A DNA stretch of 63,433 nt, the filler included, from an uncultured bacterium (GTDB lineage: Bacteria; Latescibacterota; UBA2968): assembly GCA_964471275.1 (NCBI GenBank). It is 4 parts of 4 records of this genome, joined end to end, with 100 filler letters (N's around TTAATTAATTAA, not from the genome) between each part and the next. Parts side by side here need not be neighbours in the genome. Positions count along the whole stretch, not along the records: positions 1 to 17,314 come from CAYYGZ010000085.1; 3 more parts are not named here. One strand, written 5' to 3'. Both the position numbers and the translations under genes were made by a program. The notes beneath the pieces were generated by a model that had not been told where the DNA came from, ran no database searches, and saw nothing but the letters and a program-made list of their open reading frames with translations. Positions 1 to 9,243 of the stretch are shown piece by piece; position 1 is the stretch's first letter; each line of letters starts with the position of its first letter.

Positions 1-169
1 ATAGCCTCAGTGAGGCGCGTGACGCCATTGCAGACTATGCCAGCTACTATAACCACCAGGAACGGCTGCACTCGTCGCTCGACTACCGAACATCAAACGA
101 AGTGAATGAAGCACATCAATCAACTCTAATGGCAGCTTGAAAACATCTCGCTTTGGGGGGACCACTACG
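1..169 (+). mobile_element. 3' end of an IS3-family insertion sequence (transposase C-terminus plus probable right inverted repeat)
   Basis: Frame from nt 3 reads SLSEARDAIADYASYYNHQERLHSSLDYRTSNEV..AA* (stop 138-140), matching the IS3 OrfB C-terminal YN..R.HSSL.Y.(T)P motif. It is followed by aaacatctcgctttggggggaccactac, which resembles IS3-type right ends. Confidence 0.75.
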
Positions 170-274
170 GTCTCATCTGAGAATCTCGGCAAAACACCTC
201 TGCCCGACCTCAGTTATCCTCTGCGGTCTCCGCGCGCGCTGCGTTGAACGCCTTGGTCTCTATTAGGAGTAGCT

Positions 275-1552
275 ATGTCTGTCCGAATCGTGTTGGGCGC
301 CCAGTGGGGTGACGAAGGGAAAGCCAAGATTGTCGATTTCCTTACGAGCGACGCCGATGTGGTCGTCCGCTACCAGGGAGGGGCAAACGCCGGGCACACC
401 ATCAAGGCCGGCGATCTCGAGTTTGTGTTCCACCTCATACCTGCGGGCATCGTGCATCCCGAGAAGAGCTGCGTCATCGGAAATGGCGTCGTCCTCGAAC
501 CCGAAGCACTCTTTGCAGAGATCGACGAGCTCAAGGAAAAGGGCGTCACGACGGAGGGCCGACTCTTCGTCAGCGAGCGAGCACACCTGGTGCTCCCCTA
601 CCACAAGGCAGTTGAGCGGGCGAGCGAAGAGAAGATCGGCGAGGGTGCGATCGGGACGACGCTCCGCGGAATCGGCCCAACCTATAACGACAAGATCAAT
701 CGATCGAGCGGAATCCGTGTGCTGGACGTCATCGATGCGGACGTGCTGGCCTCGAAGATCAGGGCAAACCTCGTCGAAAAGAATGAAATCCTCACAAAGC
801 TCTACGGGGTTGAGCCACTCGAGGAAACACCCATCATCGAGGCCTACGTCGCCTACGGGGAACGGATTCGACCGTATATCGTCGACACGTCAGTCTACCT
901 GAACGAGCAGATCAAACGGGGCAAGGGCATCCTGTTCGAGGGCTCGCAGGGAACGCTTCTCGACGTCGATCACGGCTCCTACCCGTTCGTCACCTCATCC
1001 AACACCACAGCTGGCGGTGCGTGCACGGGTGCAGGGATCGGTCCAACCCGTATCGACGATGTCGTCGGCGTCGTCAAGACCTACACGACCCGTGTGGGCA
1101 ATGGCCCGTTTCCGACCGAACTCCACGGCGAGATGGGTGACCGCATCCGCGACATCGGTCACGAATACGGTGCAACAACGGGTCGACCAAGACGTTGCGG
1201 CTGGCTCGATGCCGTCATCCTCCGCATGTCGGAGCGGATCAACGGTCTCACCTCGATCGCCGTCACCCGTCTTGACATCCTCGATCAGATCGAGGAACTC
1301 AAGATCTGCACGCACTACACCCGGAACGGCGAACGTGTTGATCACTTCCCCGCTGATCTTAACGTCCTCGCGGAATGCGAGCCGGTCTACGAGACACTTC
1401 CCGGCTGGCAAGCCGATACGACGAAGTGCCGCACCTACGATTCACTTCCGGAAAAGGCTAGAGCCTACCTGTCACGGATCCAGGATCTCTCCGGTGTTCA
1501 GATCTCGATCGTGTCTGTTGGCCCGGATCGGGATGAAACGATATTTGTATAG
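275..1552 (+). CDS. purA: adenylosuccinate synthetase
   Basis: GAQWGDEGKAK, GGANAGHT, IGTTLRGIGP and GATTGRPRRCGW motifs; AGGAG RBS. Confidence 0.99.
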   Translation: MSVRIVLGAQWGDEGKAKIVDFLTSDADVVVRYQGGANAGHTIKAGDLEFVFHLIPAGIVHPEKSCVIGNGVVLEPEALFAEIDELKEKGVTTEGRLFVSERAHLVLPYHKAVERASEEKIGEGAIGTTLRGIGPTYNDKINRSSGIRVLDVIDADVLASKIRANLVEKNEILTKLYGVEPLEETPIIEAYVAYGERIRPYIVDTSVYLNEQIKRGKGILFEGSQGTLLDVDHGSYPFVTSSNTTAGGACTGAGIGPTRIDDVVGVVKTYTTRVGNGPFPTELHGEMGDRIRDIGHEYGATTGRPRRCGWLDAVILRMSERINGLTSIAVTRLDILDQIEELKICTHYTRNGERVDHFPADLNVLAECEPVYETLPGWQADTTKCRTYDSLPEKARAYLSRIQDLSGVQISIVSVGPDRDETIFV

Positions 1553-2011
1553 AGAACCGGCCTTTACCGTATGCTGTAGTGTGCATCAGCGGGGGCAACC
1601 AAACCATCGATTGTCTGCCGGTTCGTACACCGTCTCCGAGTCCCCCACATCCTCAGCCATTTACGCTCCCGATTGGCGACAAGCCTGTCCAGTGTCATAA
1701 TGGTTCTGACACATTTAGCCCGTATGTCGGGTTGATTTGGGATCGCCGCTCTCTACACGATATGGACGGCACGGTCTCGAATCTGGATCTGTCTCAGCCC
1801 CGGAACGGGGCGACCGCCGATAGCCTGAGATGCGGCCGCACCCCAGGACTGGACAGACAATCGTGAGCCGCGTCGCGATGATTTCTCGGCTCCCGAAAAG
1901 GAAGGCCCCGGCGCGAATCGTACAAACACGTGGGTGTCGGTAACGGCCTTGACCCGTTGCGTCCGACACCAACGAATCGGCACGGATAACACGATTCTGA
2001 ATCAGTACAGA

Positions 2012-2324
2012 CTAGCGGCAGATCCACCTAACGGCTAGTCGCCGACCTCGGGCACCAGCACGTGCGTCCGCCTTCAGACCGCCACCACCGTATGGTTGAC
2101 CGTTGCTCAGATACGTTTGGTAATCCTCCGCCATATACTCGAAGCCGTAGAACGTGTCGGGCCGATACTGGTGCATCTGCCGACCAACGATGGCGGTCTG
2201 GTATCCAGCGGCCGTCAACTCCCGGGGCATGGTCGGCGGCGGATCCCAAGGCGAGGTCGTCATGCCCACCATCCAGTTGTTGATCGGTCATGAAAAGGAT
2301 GAAATTGGGCTGTTGGTCGAGCAT
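2012..2324 (-). pseudogene. sulfatase N-terminal remnant
   Basis: MLDQQPNFILFMTDQQ start, then a frame switch to TMPRELTAAGYQTAIVGRQMHQ..YGFE. The segment that should carry CxPxR is missing and the gene is truncated. Confidence 0.7.
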
Positions 2325-2380
2325 GGTTTCTCCAGGATGACTTATCTATCCTCGACAGATTGCGAGGGATTCGTTTTCGC

Positions 2381-3784
2381 TCAGCGCCCGATGTTTCGCG
2401 CTCTGCGCTTATATAACTTCTCCAGATCCGCCTCCACCTGCACGATCTCGAGACTCGCATCCTTGTTCATCACTGCCGCTGCTTGCTTCTCCGTCCACCG
2501 CTTCGTCGGCCACTTCTCCACGCAGGAAATCCTGAGCAGAAGCCGTGACAGCACGGAGGACGCTTCTCGCAGATCGGCAAGTCTGATCTTGTCCAGTGTG
2601 TCGTGTGCGGTATGTCCATAGCCTCTGCCGGAGAAGACCCCCTCTACATCTCCCATCCCACACGTTGGCACCCCGGCCTCGAAGAAGGGAAAGTGATCGG
2701 AGAACGCCGACATCCCCTGCCCATACGGCATGTCGTATTTCATCTGCGCTCTTGCCGCAGCAAACGTGGTGTCAAGCTCGGGTCGTCTGTGCATCACGAT
2801 CCCTTTACGCCCCCCGCCTCCGGCTGAGTCCATGTTGATATAAAGCCTGATCTGATCCAGCTCATCCACGTGCTGCGCGACATAATTCTTCGCGCCGATC
2901 AACCCGATTTCTTCAGTCCCGAAGGCCACAAACCGAATGCCACAGCCAATTCGGTCCGCTGCATACGTCTTCAACACTCGCGCCGCCTCCTGCACACACA
3001 CCATCCCCGACACAGGATCATTCGCGCCCTGTGAGATATCGTGTCCATCGTAGTGACATCCCGCTATCACCCATCGATCCGGGTGCGTATTCCCCGGCAG
3101 TTCGGCAACAACGTTCCAGGAGGTCTTCTCCTTGGTCCGGTTCCTCGTCCTCAACTTGAGCGTGACCTTGCCCTTCCGTTTCATCACTCTCTGGAGAAAC
3201 GACCCGTCCTCTTTCGAGATCGATATCCCTGGCATGATCGCTTCCTGATTGTCCGCGATGCTCCCCGTTGCCGGTCCCAGACCGTCGTAATGGTTCATGA
3301 AGATGAACCCGGAAGCACCCGCAAGCGCACTCCGTGCGTACTTTTCTGACCGATGAACAAACCGGTGGCCTCTCGCCGACGCGCTCGTTGCCATCACGAT
3401 CTTGCCCTTCAGCCTTCTTCCAGCACCCTCGAAATCTTTCGGCATACCATCACCCACGGAAACCAGTTCGGCCTCCAGAGTACTGCTTGGGCAATAGGGC
3501 AATGCGATACACGGGATTTCTTTCTGAACTGGTGCGACAATCTCGAGCGTGGTCACGCCTCTCGACCACGAGGCGTATCGATACGGCTCCTTGCGCGGCT
3601 TCCTTAGGCCATACTCCCTGAACTTCTCCCGGAAGAAGTCAGCTGCCTGGCGTTCGCCCGCCGTACCCCCAAAACGAGATCCGAAATCGTCACACAGAAT
3701 CGTTAGATTGTCCATGGGCTCCGAGGACGTGTGGATGTCCCCAAGCATTTGCCGGTCAATATCAAGAAACGGGTTATCTGCCAT
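2381..3784 (-). CDS. M28 family metallopeptidase with PA domain (carboxypeptidase Q-like)
   Basis: GCHYDGHD, GANDPVSG, FGTEEIGLIGA, NMDS and SDHFPF motifs. Confidence 0.92.
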   Translation of the reverse strand: MADNPFLDIDRQMLGDIHTSSEPMDNLTILCDDFGSRFGGTAGERQAADFFREKFREYGLRKPRKEPYRYASWSRGVTTLEIVAPVQKEIPCIALPYCPSSTLEAELVSVGDGMPKDFEGAGRRLKGKIVMATSASARGHRFVHRSEKYARSALAGASGFIFMNHYDGLGPATGSIADNQEAIMPGISISKEDGSFLQRVMKRKGKVTLKLRTRNRTKEKTSWNVVAELPGNTHPDRWVIAGCHYDGHDISQGANDPVSGMVCVQEAARVLKTYAADRIGCGIRFVAFGTEEIGLIGAKNYVAQHVDELDQIRLYINMDSAGGGGRKGIVMHRRPELDTTFAAARAQMKYDMPYGQGMSAFSDHFPFFEAGVPTCGMGDVEGVFSGRGYGHTAHDTLDKIRLADLREASSVLSRLLLRISCVEKWPTKRWTEKQAAAVMNKDASLEIVQVEADLEKLYKRRARNIGR

Positions 3785-4050
3785 TATATCTCCATTGGGT
3801 TCGTTTCTGCTGCGTTGTAGCAGCCAGGAATAGACTGGCGCCCTGTCCCATCAATCGAGCTGCAATCTGCAACCACACTGCAGGCATTCCCGCTCTCTGC
3901 ACCTGCTCCCCTATGCCTTCCGCCCTCCTTACCCCTCCGCCTTATATCCTCTTGTCCTGCAATGCATTTAGCATTGACGACCATCCGCAGTACTATATAT
4001 TCTGCTTCGGTTCTAGAATAGCGTTTTTTTGATCAAAATGGGAGGGCCGG

Positions 4051-4632
4051 ATGGCGAATACCATCCTGTCGAAAGAACAGGTTCTGGCACGTCTTACGGA
4101 AACGTCCACCGTTGCGGGGGCGGATCTCAAAGGAATAGATCTGTCCGGTGAGGATCTGTCCGGTTCTGACTTCTCAAGGACCAACCTGACTGGCGCCAAC
4201 CTGTCAAACTGCAAGCTGATCGAAACCCGTCTGCACGAGGCGAGCCTCCGGGGCGCCAACCTTTCTGGAGCAGACCTCACCAGAGCCTATCTTGTCGCGG
4301 CTGATCTCTTGGGGGCCAACCTCAGGAGCGCAACGATGGTCTGGACCTTTCTCTCAGGAGCCAACGCCGGGGGGGCCGATTTTGGTGAAGCAGACCTGAC
4401 CGAAGCCAGATTGGGCGTCATAGAAGCCGCCTTCCCGAACGAATCTGGAAAACCGACCTCCTTCAGGGATGCGAACCTGTCGAGAGCAGTCGTGAATGCG
4501 ACCGACTTCCGAGGCGTTGACCTTCGGGGTGCCAACTTGACAGGTACCTACCTCTACGAAGCCAAGATCCGTGGTGCGATCATCGACAAGGCACTGTTCG
4601 ATGGTGCGGTTACCATGGCCGAGACCTACTGA
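4051..4632 (+). CDS. pentapeptide repeat protein
   Basis: tandem A(D/N)Lxx pentapeptides (ADLKG, ANLSN, ANLSG, ADLTR...). Confidence 0.95.
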   Translation: MANTILSKEQVLARLTETSTVAGADLKGIDLSGEDLSGSDFSRTNLTGANLSNCKLIETRLHEASLRGANLSGADLTRAYLVAADLLGANLRSATMVWTFLSGANAGGADFGEADLTEARLGVIEAAFPNESGKPTSFRDANLSRAVVNATDFRGVDLRGANLTGTYLYEAKIRGAIIDKALFDGAVTMAETY

Positions 4633-4679
4633 TTCGCGGCGGGTCCTCCCGGGGCCGTCCACTCAGAATCCTCCTGTAT

Positions 4680-5693
4680 ATGTCTCCAAGCGATCGTCTC
4701 ACCAGACCGCTCCGCGACCTTCGCATCTCAGTAACGGATCGATGCAACTTCCGTTGTCCATACTGCATGCCAGCCGAAATCTTCGGTGAACAGTACGAGT
4801 TCCTGCCCCGCACCCAGATCCTGACATTCGAGGAAATCGAACGCGTTGCCCGGACAGTCGCGGGTCTTGGTGTCGCGAAGATCCGAATCACAGGGGGCGA
4901 GCCGCTGCTCCGACGCAAGATCGAGTCACTGATTCACTCACTCGCCGACATACCGGGAATCAAGGACCTCACACTCACGACAAACGGCGTTCTGATCAAG
5001 GATACCGCGGACCGGCTCAGGGCTGCCGGGCTGAATCGCATCACCATATCGCTGGACTCACTGGATCCTGAAGTATTCCGTGCGATGGCGGGACGGGATG
5101 TATTTCCCGAAGTGGTGTTGGCCGCCATCGATACCGCACAGATCGCAGGTCTGACCCCCATCAAGATTAACGCCGTCATCAAGCGGGGCGTAAACGACCA
5201 CACGCTGGTCGACCTTGCCCGCCATTTCCACGGCACCGGTCACATCGTCCGCTTTATCGAGTACATGGATGTGGGAAACCGGAATGACTGGGAGCTCGAT
5301 CACGTGGTGCCGGCAGACGAGATTATATCTCGCATTCACGACGAACTGCCGCTCGAACCGGTCGACGCCAACTACCCGGGCGAGGTGGCTCGGAGATACC
5401 GCTATGTCGACGGGGGTGGCGAGATCGGCGTCATCGCATCGGTAACACAGCCATTCTGCGGCGATTGCACAAGACTGAGGCTTTCCACGGATGGACGACT
5501 CTTTACCTGCCTTTTCGCGACATCTGGCACAGATCTCCGAGACGTGCTCAGAACGGGAGCATCTGACCAGGAACTGAAACATAAGATCGTCTCCGTCTGG
5601 TCTGGCCGCAACGATCGATACTCCGAACAACGGACAGATAAAACCGTTATGGCCCCGTTGAGAAAAGTAGAGATGTATCAGATCGGTGGGTAG
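4680..5693 (+). CDS. moaA: GTP 3',8-cyclase (Moco biosynthesis radical SAM enzyme)
   Basis: LRISVTDRCNFRCPYCMP, TGGEPLLR, FCGDCTRLRL..C, C-terminal IGG. Confidence 0.98.
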   Translation: MSPSDRLTRPLRDLRISVTDRCNFRCPYCMPAEIFGEQYEFLPRTQILTFEEIERVARTVAGLGVAKIRITGGEPLLRRKIESLIHSLADIPGIKDLTLTTNGVLIKDTADRLRAAGLNRITISLDSLDPEVFRAMAGRDVFPEVVLAAIDTAQIAGLTPIKINAVIKRGVNDHTLVDLARHFHGTGHIVRFIEYMDVGNRNDWELDHVVPADEIISRIHDELPLEPVDANYPGEVARRYRYVDGGGEIGVIASVTQPFCGDCTRLRLSTDGRLFTCLFATSGTDLRDVLRTGASDQELKHKIVSVWSGRNDRYSEQRTDKTVMAPLRKVEMYQIGG

Positions 5694-5744
5694 CCCCGGA
5701 CGACCGCGTAGACGGGTACGGGTATTCAGATATGGACGATGTAG

Positions 5745-5815
5745 TTGACAAGTCGCATATATGCGATACCTTATAGACCATACACATTATTCTTGATCAA
5801 CTTAGTACACATTTA
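5745..5815 (+). promoter_or_regulatory. sigma70-like promoter with palindrome and AT-rich operator-like segment upstream of the sulfite/nitrite reductase
   Basis: TTGACA at 5745-5750, palindrome TCGCATATATGCGA in the spacer, TACCTT as possible -10, then an AT-rich stretch. Confidence 0.5.
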
Positions 5816-5839
5816 TAAGAAATCCACAGGTGACTGTCT

Positions 5840-8080
5840 ATGAGTGAAGCACAGACGTGGAAAGAGCGGCTTGGGAATCAGATTTCCGAGGATCTGGCCA
5901 GGGACATCGACATCTACGAGACCCAGCTCGAGCTGAAACGGCAGGGCAAGATGACAGAAGAGCTGTTCGGTGAAACTCGGCTTCGTAGGGGCGTTTACGG
6001 ACAGCGATACGACAACGGTCAACGTTTTGACGGTCAGAAGACGCAGGTGCTCGCATTTCCCTGTGGCGACCTGACAAAGGGCGTGATAACAGTCTGGGAT
6101 GCGCCCGGCATGCAGCGCATCAAGATCCCCTTTGGGGGCGTAACCGCCGACCAGATGGATCTTCTGGCGGAGCTGGCTGAGGAATACTCCGATAGCATCC
6201 TGCACATTACGACCCGCCAGGACATACAGCTCCATTACGTCCATATAGAGGACACACCGACGATTATGCGACGGCTGGCCGCGGTCGGGATCACCACACA
6301 AGAAGCGTGTGGGAATTCGATCCGGAATATCACCGCGTGCCCGATCGCAGGGGTTTGTCGCACCGAGTCCTTCGATGTCACCCCTTACGCGGACGGGGCT
6401 ACGAAGTTCCTGCTCGGACACCCGGATTGTCAGGACTTCGGACGGAAATTCAAGATCGCCTTCTCCGGATGTGCTCACGAGGCCTGCGGCCTCACCTCGA
6501 TGCACGATGTCGGTGTCATCGCCAAGGTCGAGGGAGATAAGCGCGGCTTCGAGTTCTACGTTGGCGGGGGCCTTGGTGCCGTACCTCACCAAGCCAAGCT
6601 GATGTATGAGTTCCTTCCCGCCGAAGAGCTGCTTCCGATGATCCAATCGATCGCCCGCGTATTTGCCCGCCTGGGTGAGAAGAACAACCGGGCGCGCGCG
6701 CGACTCAAGTTCCTGATCGGCAAGCTCGGTCTCGAAAAGTTTTCCAGGCTCGTCGAGGAAGAGAGAAAGATCCTGCCGCACGATGATGGCTGGACGGCGT
6801 ATCTTGAGGACGTCGACAAGCACACCGAAGCGCCGCTCAAGGATGCAGTCTCATTGAACATCACTGGACAGTCCGCCGCCTTTACGGAGTGGTCTGCCAC
6901 CAACGTCTCGCCGCAGCAGCAAACAGGCTACGCGTTCGTGAGTGTGACGCTCCCGCTGGGTGATGCGACCGCCGATCAATTCCGTCTGATGGCTTCCCTG
7001 GCTCGCAAATACGTGAGGGATACCGTCCGCACCACGGTCGAGCAGAATATCATATTTCGCTGGGTCAGCGAGGCGGATGTACCCGATCTCTACGCGGAGT
7101 TAGAAGCTGCCGGGCTCGGTGCACCGGGGGCCGGTTCCATCGTCGATGTAACGGCCTGTCCAGGAACAGACACGTGCAAGCTCGGGATCGCCTCGTCGCG
7201 AGGCCTGGCAGCGGAACTACGCACCCAACTCGCAGCGAAGAGCGCCGCCCTCGACGAAGCGGTCAAGGGTCTCCGAATCAAGATCAGCGGGTGCTTCAAC
7301 TCCTGCGGTCAGCACCACGTCGCGGATCTGGGCTTCTACGGGATAAGCCGGAAAATCGGTGAATATCACGTACCTCACTTTCAGGTGATCCTTGGTGGGC
7401 AGTGGGTGGAGAACGGCGGCTCATACGGTCTCGCCATCGGAGCAGTCCCGTCGAAACGCATTCCCGAAGTCGTGGATCGCATAACCCAGAGCTACATCGA
7501 TCAGCGTCAGGGCGCCGAATCCTTCCAGGATTTTGTCACACGGATCGGGAAAGTGGCTGTAAAGGATACGCTCGAGGATCTGACCGTGGTCCCGGATCAC
7601 GACGAAGATGCAACGCTCTACACCGACTGGGGTGACATTCGCGAGTTCACCACGGGCGATATGGGCAAGGGCGAGTGCGCGGGCGAGATCGTCCCCCTGA
7701 TCGAAGTTGAGCTTCAGGGCAGCGAGCGTGAGTCCTTCGAAGCCCAGGTGCACATGGATGGCGGCGACTACGCGGCTGCGTATGAGCGTGCCTACAGCGC
7801 GATGATCCACGCGGCAAAGGCGCTTGTTAAGACTCAGTTTCTCGACATCCCCGAGGACCCCGACCAGATTGTCAGCGAGTTCCGAACGCGCTTCATCGAC
7901 ACACAGCTGTTCTTCGATCGGGCAGCAGGCGCGAAGTTCGCGAATTACCTGTTCCGGCATCACGATGAGCGGGTCGAGAACCCGTCATCTGAAGTCGCGC
8001 ACATGATCATCGAGGAAGCACAGCTCTTCATTGAAGCCGTACACGCCTGCTACGGCCGGATGACCGTCGTCACAGCGTAA
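5840..8080 (+). CDS. ferredoxin-dependent siroheme sulfite/nitrite reductase with C-terminal HEPN-like domain
   Basis: RRGVYGQR, HITTRQDIQLH, CPGTDTCK and SGCFNSCGQH cluster/siroheme ligands; extra C-terminal helical domain (AYERAYSAMIHAAKALV). Confidence 0.93.
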   Translation: MSEAQTWKERLGNQISEDLARDIDIYETQLELKRQGKMTEELFGETRLRRGVYGQRYDNGQRFDGQKTQVLAFPCGDLTKGVITVWDAPGMQRIKIPFGGVTADQMDLLAELAEEYSDSILHITTRQDIQLHYVHIEDTPTIMRRLAAVGITTQEACGNSIRNITACPIAGVCRTESFDVTPYADGATKFLLGHPDCQDFGRKFKIAFSGCAHEACGLTSMHDVGVIAKVEGDKRGFEFYVGGGLGAVPHQAKLMYEFLPAEELLPMIQSIARVFARLGEKNNRARARLKFLIGKLGLEKFSRLVEEERKILPHDDGWTAYLEDVDKHTEAPLKDAVSLNITGQSAAFTEWSATNVSPQQQTGYAFVSVTLPLGDATADQFRLMASLARKYVRDTVRTTVEQNIIFRWVSEADVPDLYAELEAAGLGAPGAGSIVDVTACPGTDTCKLGIASSRGLAAELRTQLAAKSAALDEAVKGLRIKISGCFNSCGQHHVADLGFYGISRKIGEYHVPHFQVILGGQWVENGGSYGLAIGAVPSKRIPEVVDRITQSYIDQRQGAESFQDFVTRIGKVAVKDTLEDLTVVPDHDEDATLYTDWGDIREFTTGDMGKGECAGEIVPLIEVELQGSERESFEAQVHMDGGDYAAAYERAYSAMIHAAKALVKTQFLDIPEDPDQIVSEFRTRFIDTQLFFDRAAGAKFANYLFRHHDERVENPSSEVAHMIIEEAQLFIEAVHACYGRMTVVTA

Positions 8081-8105
8081 CGTCTCGCGCACAGAGAAAG
8101 CACAT

Positions 8106-8681
8106 ATGGACATTTCAAGAATCAGCTGCAAGATACGGATGGATCAGGGCGAGAACGTCCCGACCGACACGTGGTTCGAGGTCTTCAACACGTGGATTCC
8201 CGAACCGGAGGACGACGTACTGATCGACGTCGCGGATTACACACACGTCAAGAACGGTCCACAGACCATACTGATCGGCCACAACGCACACTACGCGCTC
8301 GACACGACGTCGGGTCGATTCGGTTTCCTCTACGCGCAGAAGCGTGGATTGAGCGGCTCGCTGTCAAACCGCCTCGAAGAGGTGATCACGTCCAGCTTGA
8401 AGGCGTGCAGGCGACTGGCGGACGACAGCCGGCTTGAAGGAAAGGTGAGCTTCAACGGGGAGTCAATGCAGATCATCCTCAACGATCGGCTCGGGGCTGC
8501 CAACGACAACGCGGCTTTCGAGGCACTGAAGTCCGAATTGGACCCAATTCTGGATCGACTTTACGGCGGGAGCAGCTTTGAAATCATTCGAGATGCCGAT
8601 GCCCGGAAGCCCCTGACCGTAATTGTTGCTGCTGCAGGGGAAATTTCTCCCTCTCAACTGCTTGAAAATTTAGGCAGTTAG
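8106..8681 (+). CDS. hypothetical protein co-transcribed with the reductase
   Basis: 191-aa ORF starting 25 nt after the reductase stop; natural composition (LIDVADYTHVKNGP). Confidence 0.8.
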   Translation: MDISRISCKIRMDQGENVPTDTWFEVFNTWIPEPEDDVLIDVADYTHVKNGPQTILIGHNAHYALDTTSGRFGFLYAQKRGLSGSLSNRLEEVITSSLKACRRLADDSRLEGKVSFNGESMQIILNDRLGAANDNAAFEALKSELDPILDRLYGGSSFEIIRDADARKPLTVIVAAAGEISPSQLLENLGS

Positions 8682-8700
8682 CCGGTTTTTTGTCGAATCA

Positions 8701-8728
8701 TTGACAAAAGAAGCAGAATCTATATATT
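8701..8728 (+). promoter_or_regulatory. sigma70-like promoter for the ferredoxin
   Basis: TTGACA-16nt-TATATT. Confidence 0.55.
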
Positions 8729-8829
8729 CCCGAAAGAATTTAGCGATTGAGGCTTGATTTTCGGGCGTTTTAGCCCAATGATCAGTCTGTCAGTCAATCA
8801 AGGAAACAACGGGAAAGGGGTGAACGGTT

Positions 8830-9093
8830 ATGGCCTACATCATCGCGGAGCCGTGCGTCGATGTGATGGACCGGGCTTGTGTTGAAGTCTGTCCCGTGGA
8901 TTGTATCTACGAGGCGGATGCGACGAACCTAGACGAAGGGGATCGTCGTGCGATGCTCTACATCCATCCGGAAGAGTGCATCGACTGCGGAGCCTGCGAG
9001 CCGGAATGTCCGGTGGAAGCCATCTTCGCGGAAGAAGACACGCCCGACGAGTGGAAAGAATACATCGAGATCAACTCCAAGGCTTTCGAGTAG
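8830..9093 (+). CDS. fdxA: FdxA-type (7Fe) ferredoxin
   Basis: [26 protein letters not shown] and [14 protein letters not shown]. Confidence 0.92.
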   Translation: MAYIIAEPCVDVMDRACVEVCPVDCIYEADATNLDEGDRRAMLYIHPEECIDCGACEPECPVEAIFAEEDTPDEWKEYIEINSKAFE

Positions 9094-9118
9094 ACTCGAT
9101 ATCGGTAGCACCAACATT

Positions 9119-9156
9119 AAGAGGGTCGGATCCGCAAGGATTCGGCCCTCTTGTAT
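9119..9156 (+). terminator. GC-rich hairpin with GCAA tetraloop after the ferredoxin
   Basis: aagagggtcggatcc-gcaa-ggattcggccctctt followed by gtattt. Confidence 0.7.
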
Positions 9157-9243
9157 TTGGGGAGGGCCATACTCGAGAAAGCGCCGTTGGTGTTGGCCTG
9201 ACATCCCGCTATCTTGTGACTCCAGCCGACACAAGGAGCCATC

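Noticed and set aside
4051..4632. Repeated GCCAACCT-like units suggesting a CRISPR or DNA repeat
   Set aside because: Explained by pentapeptide-repeat coding; there is no constant repeat-spacer structure and no cas genes.
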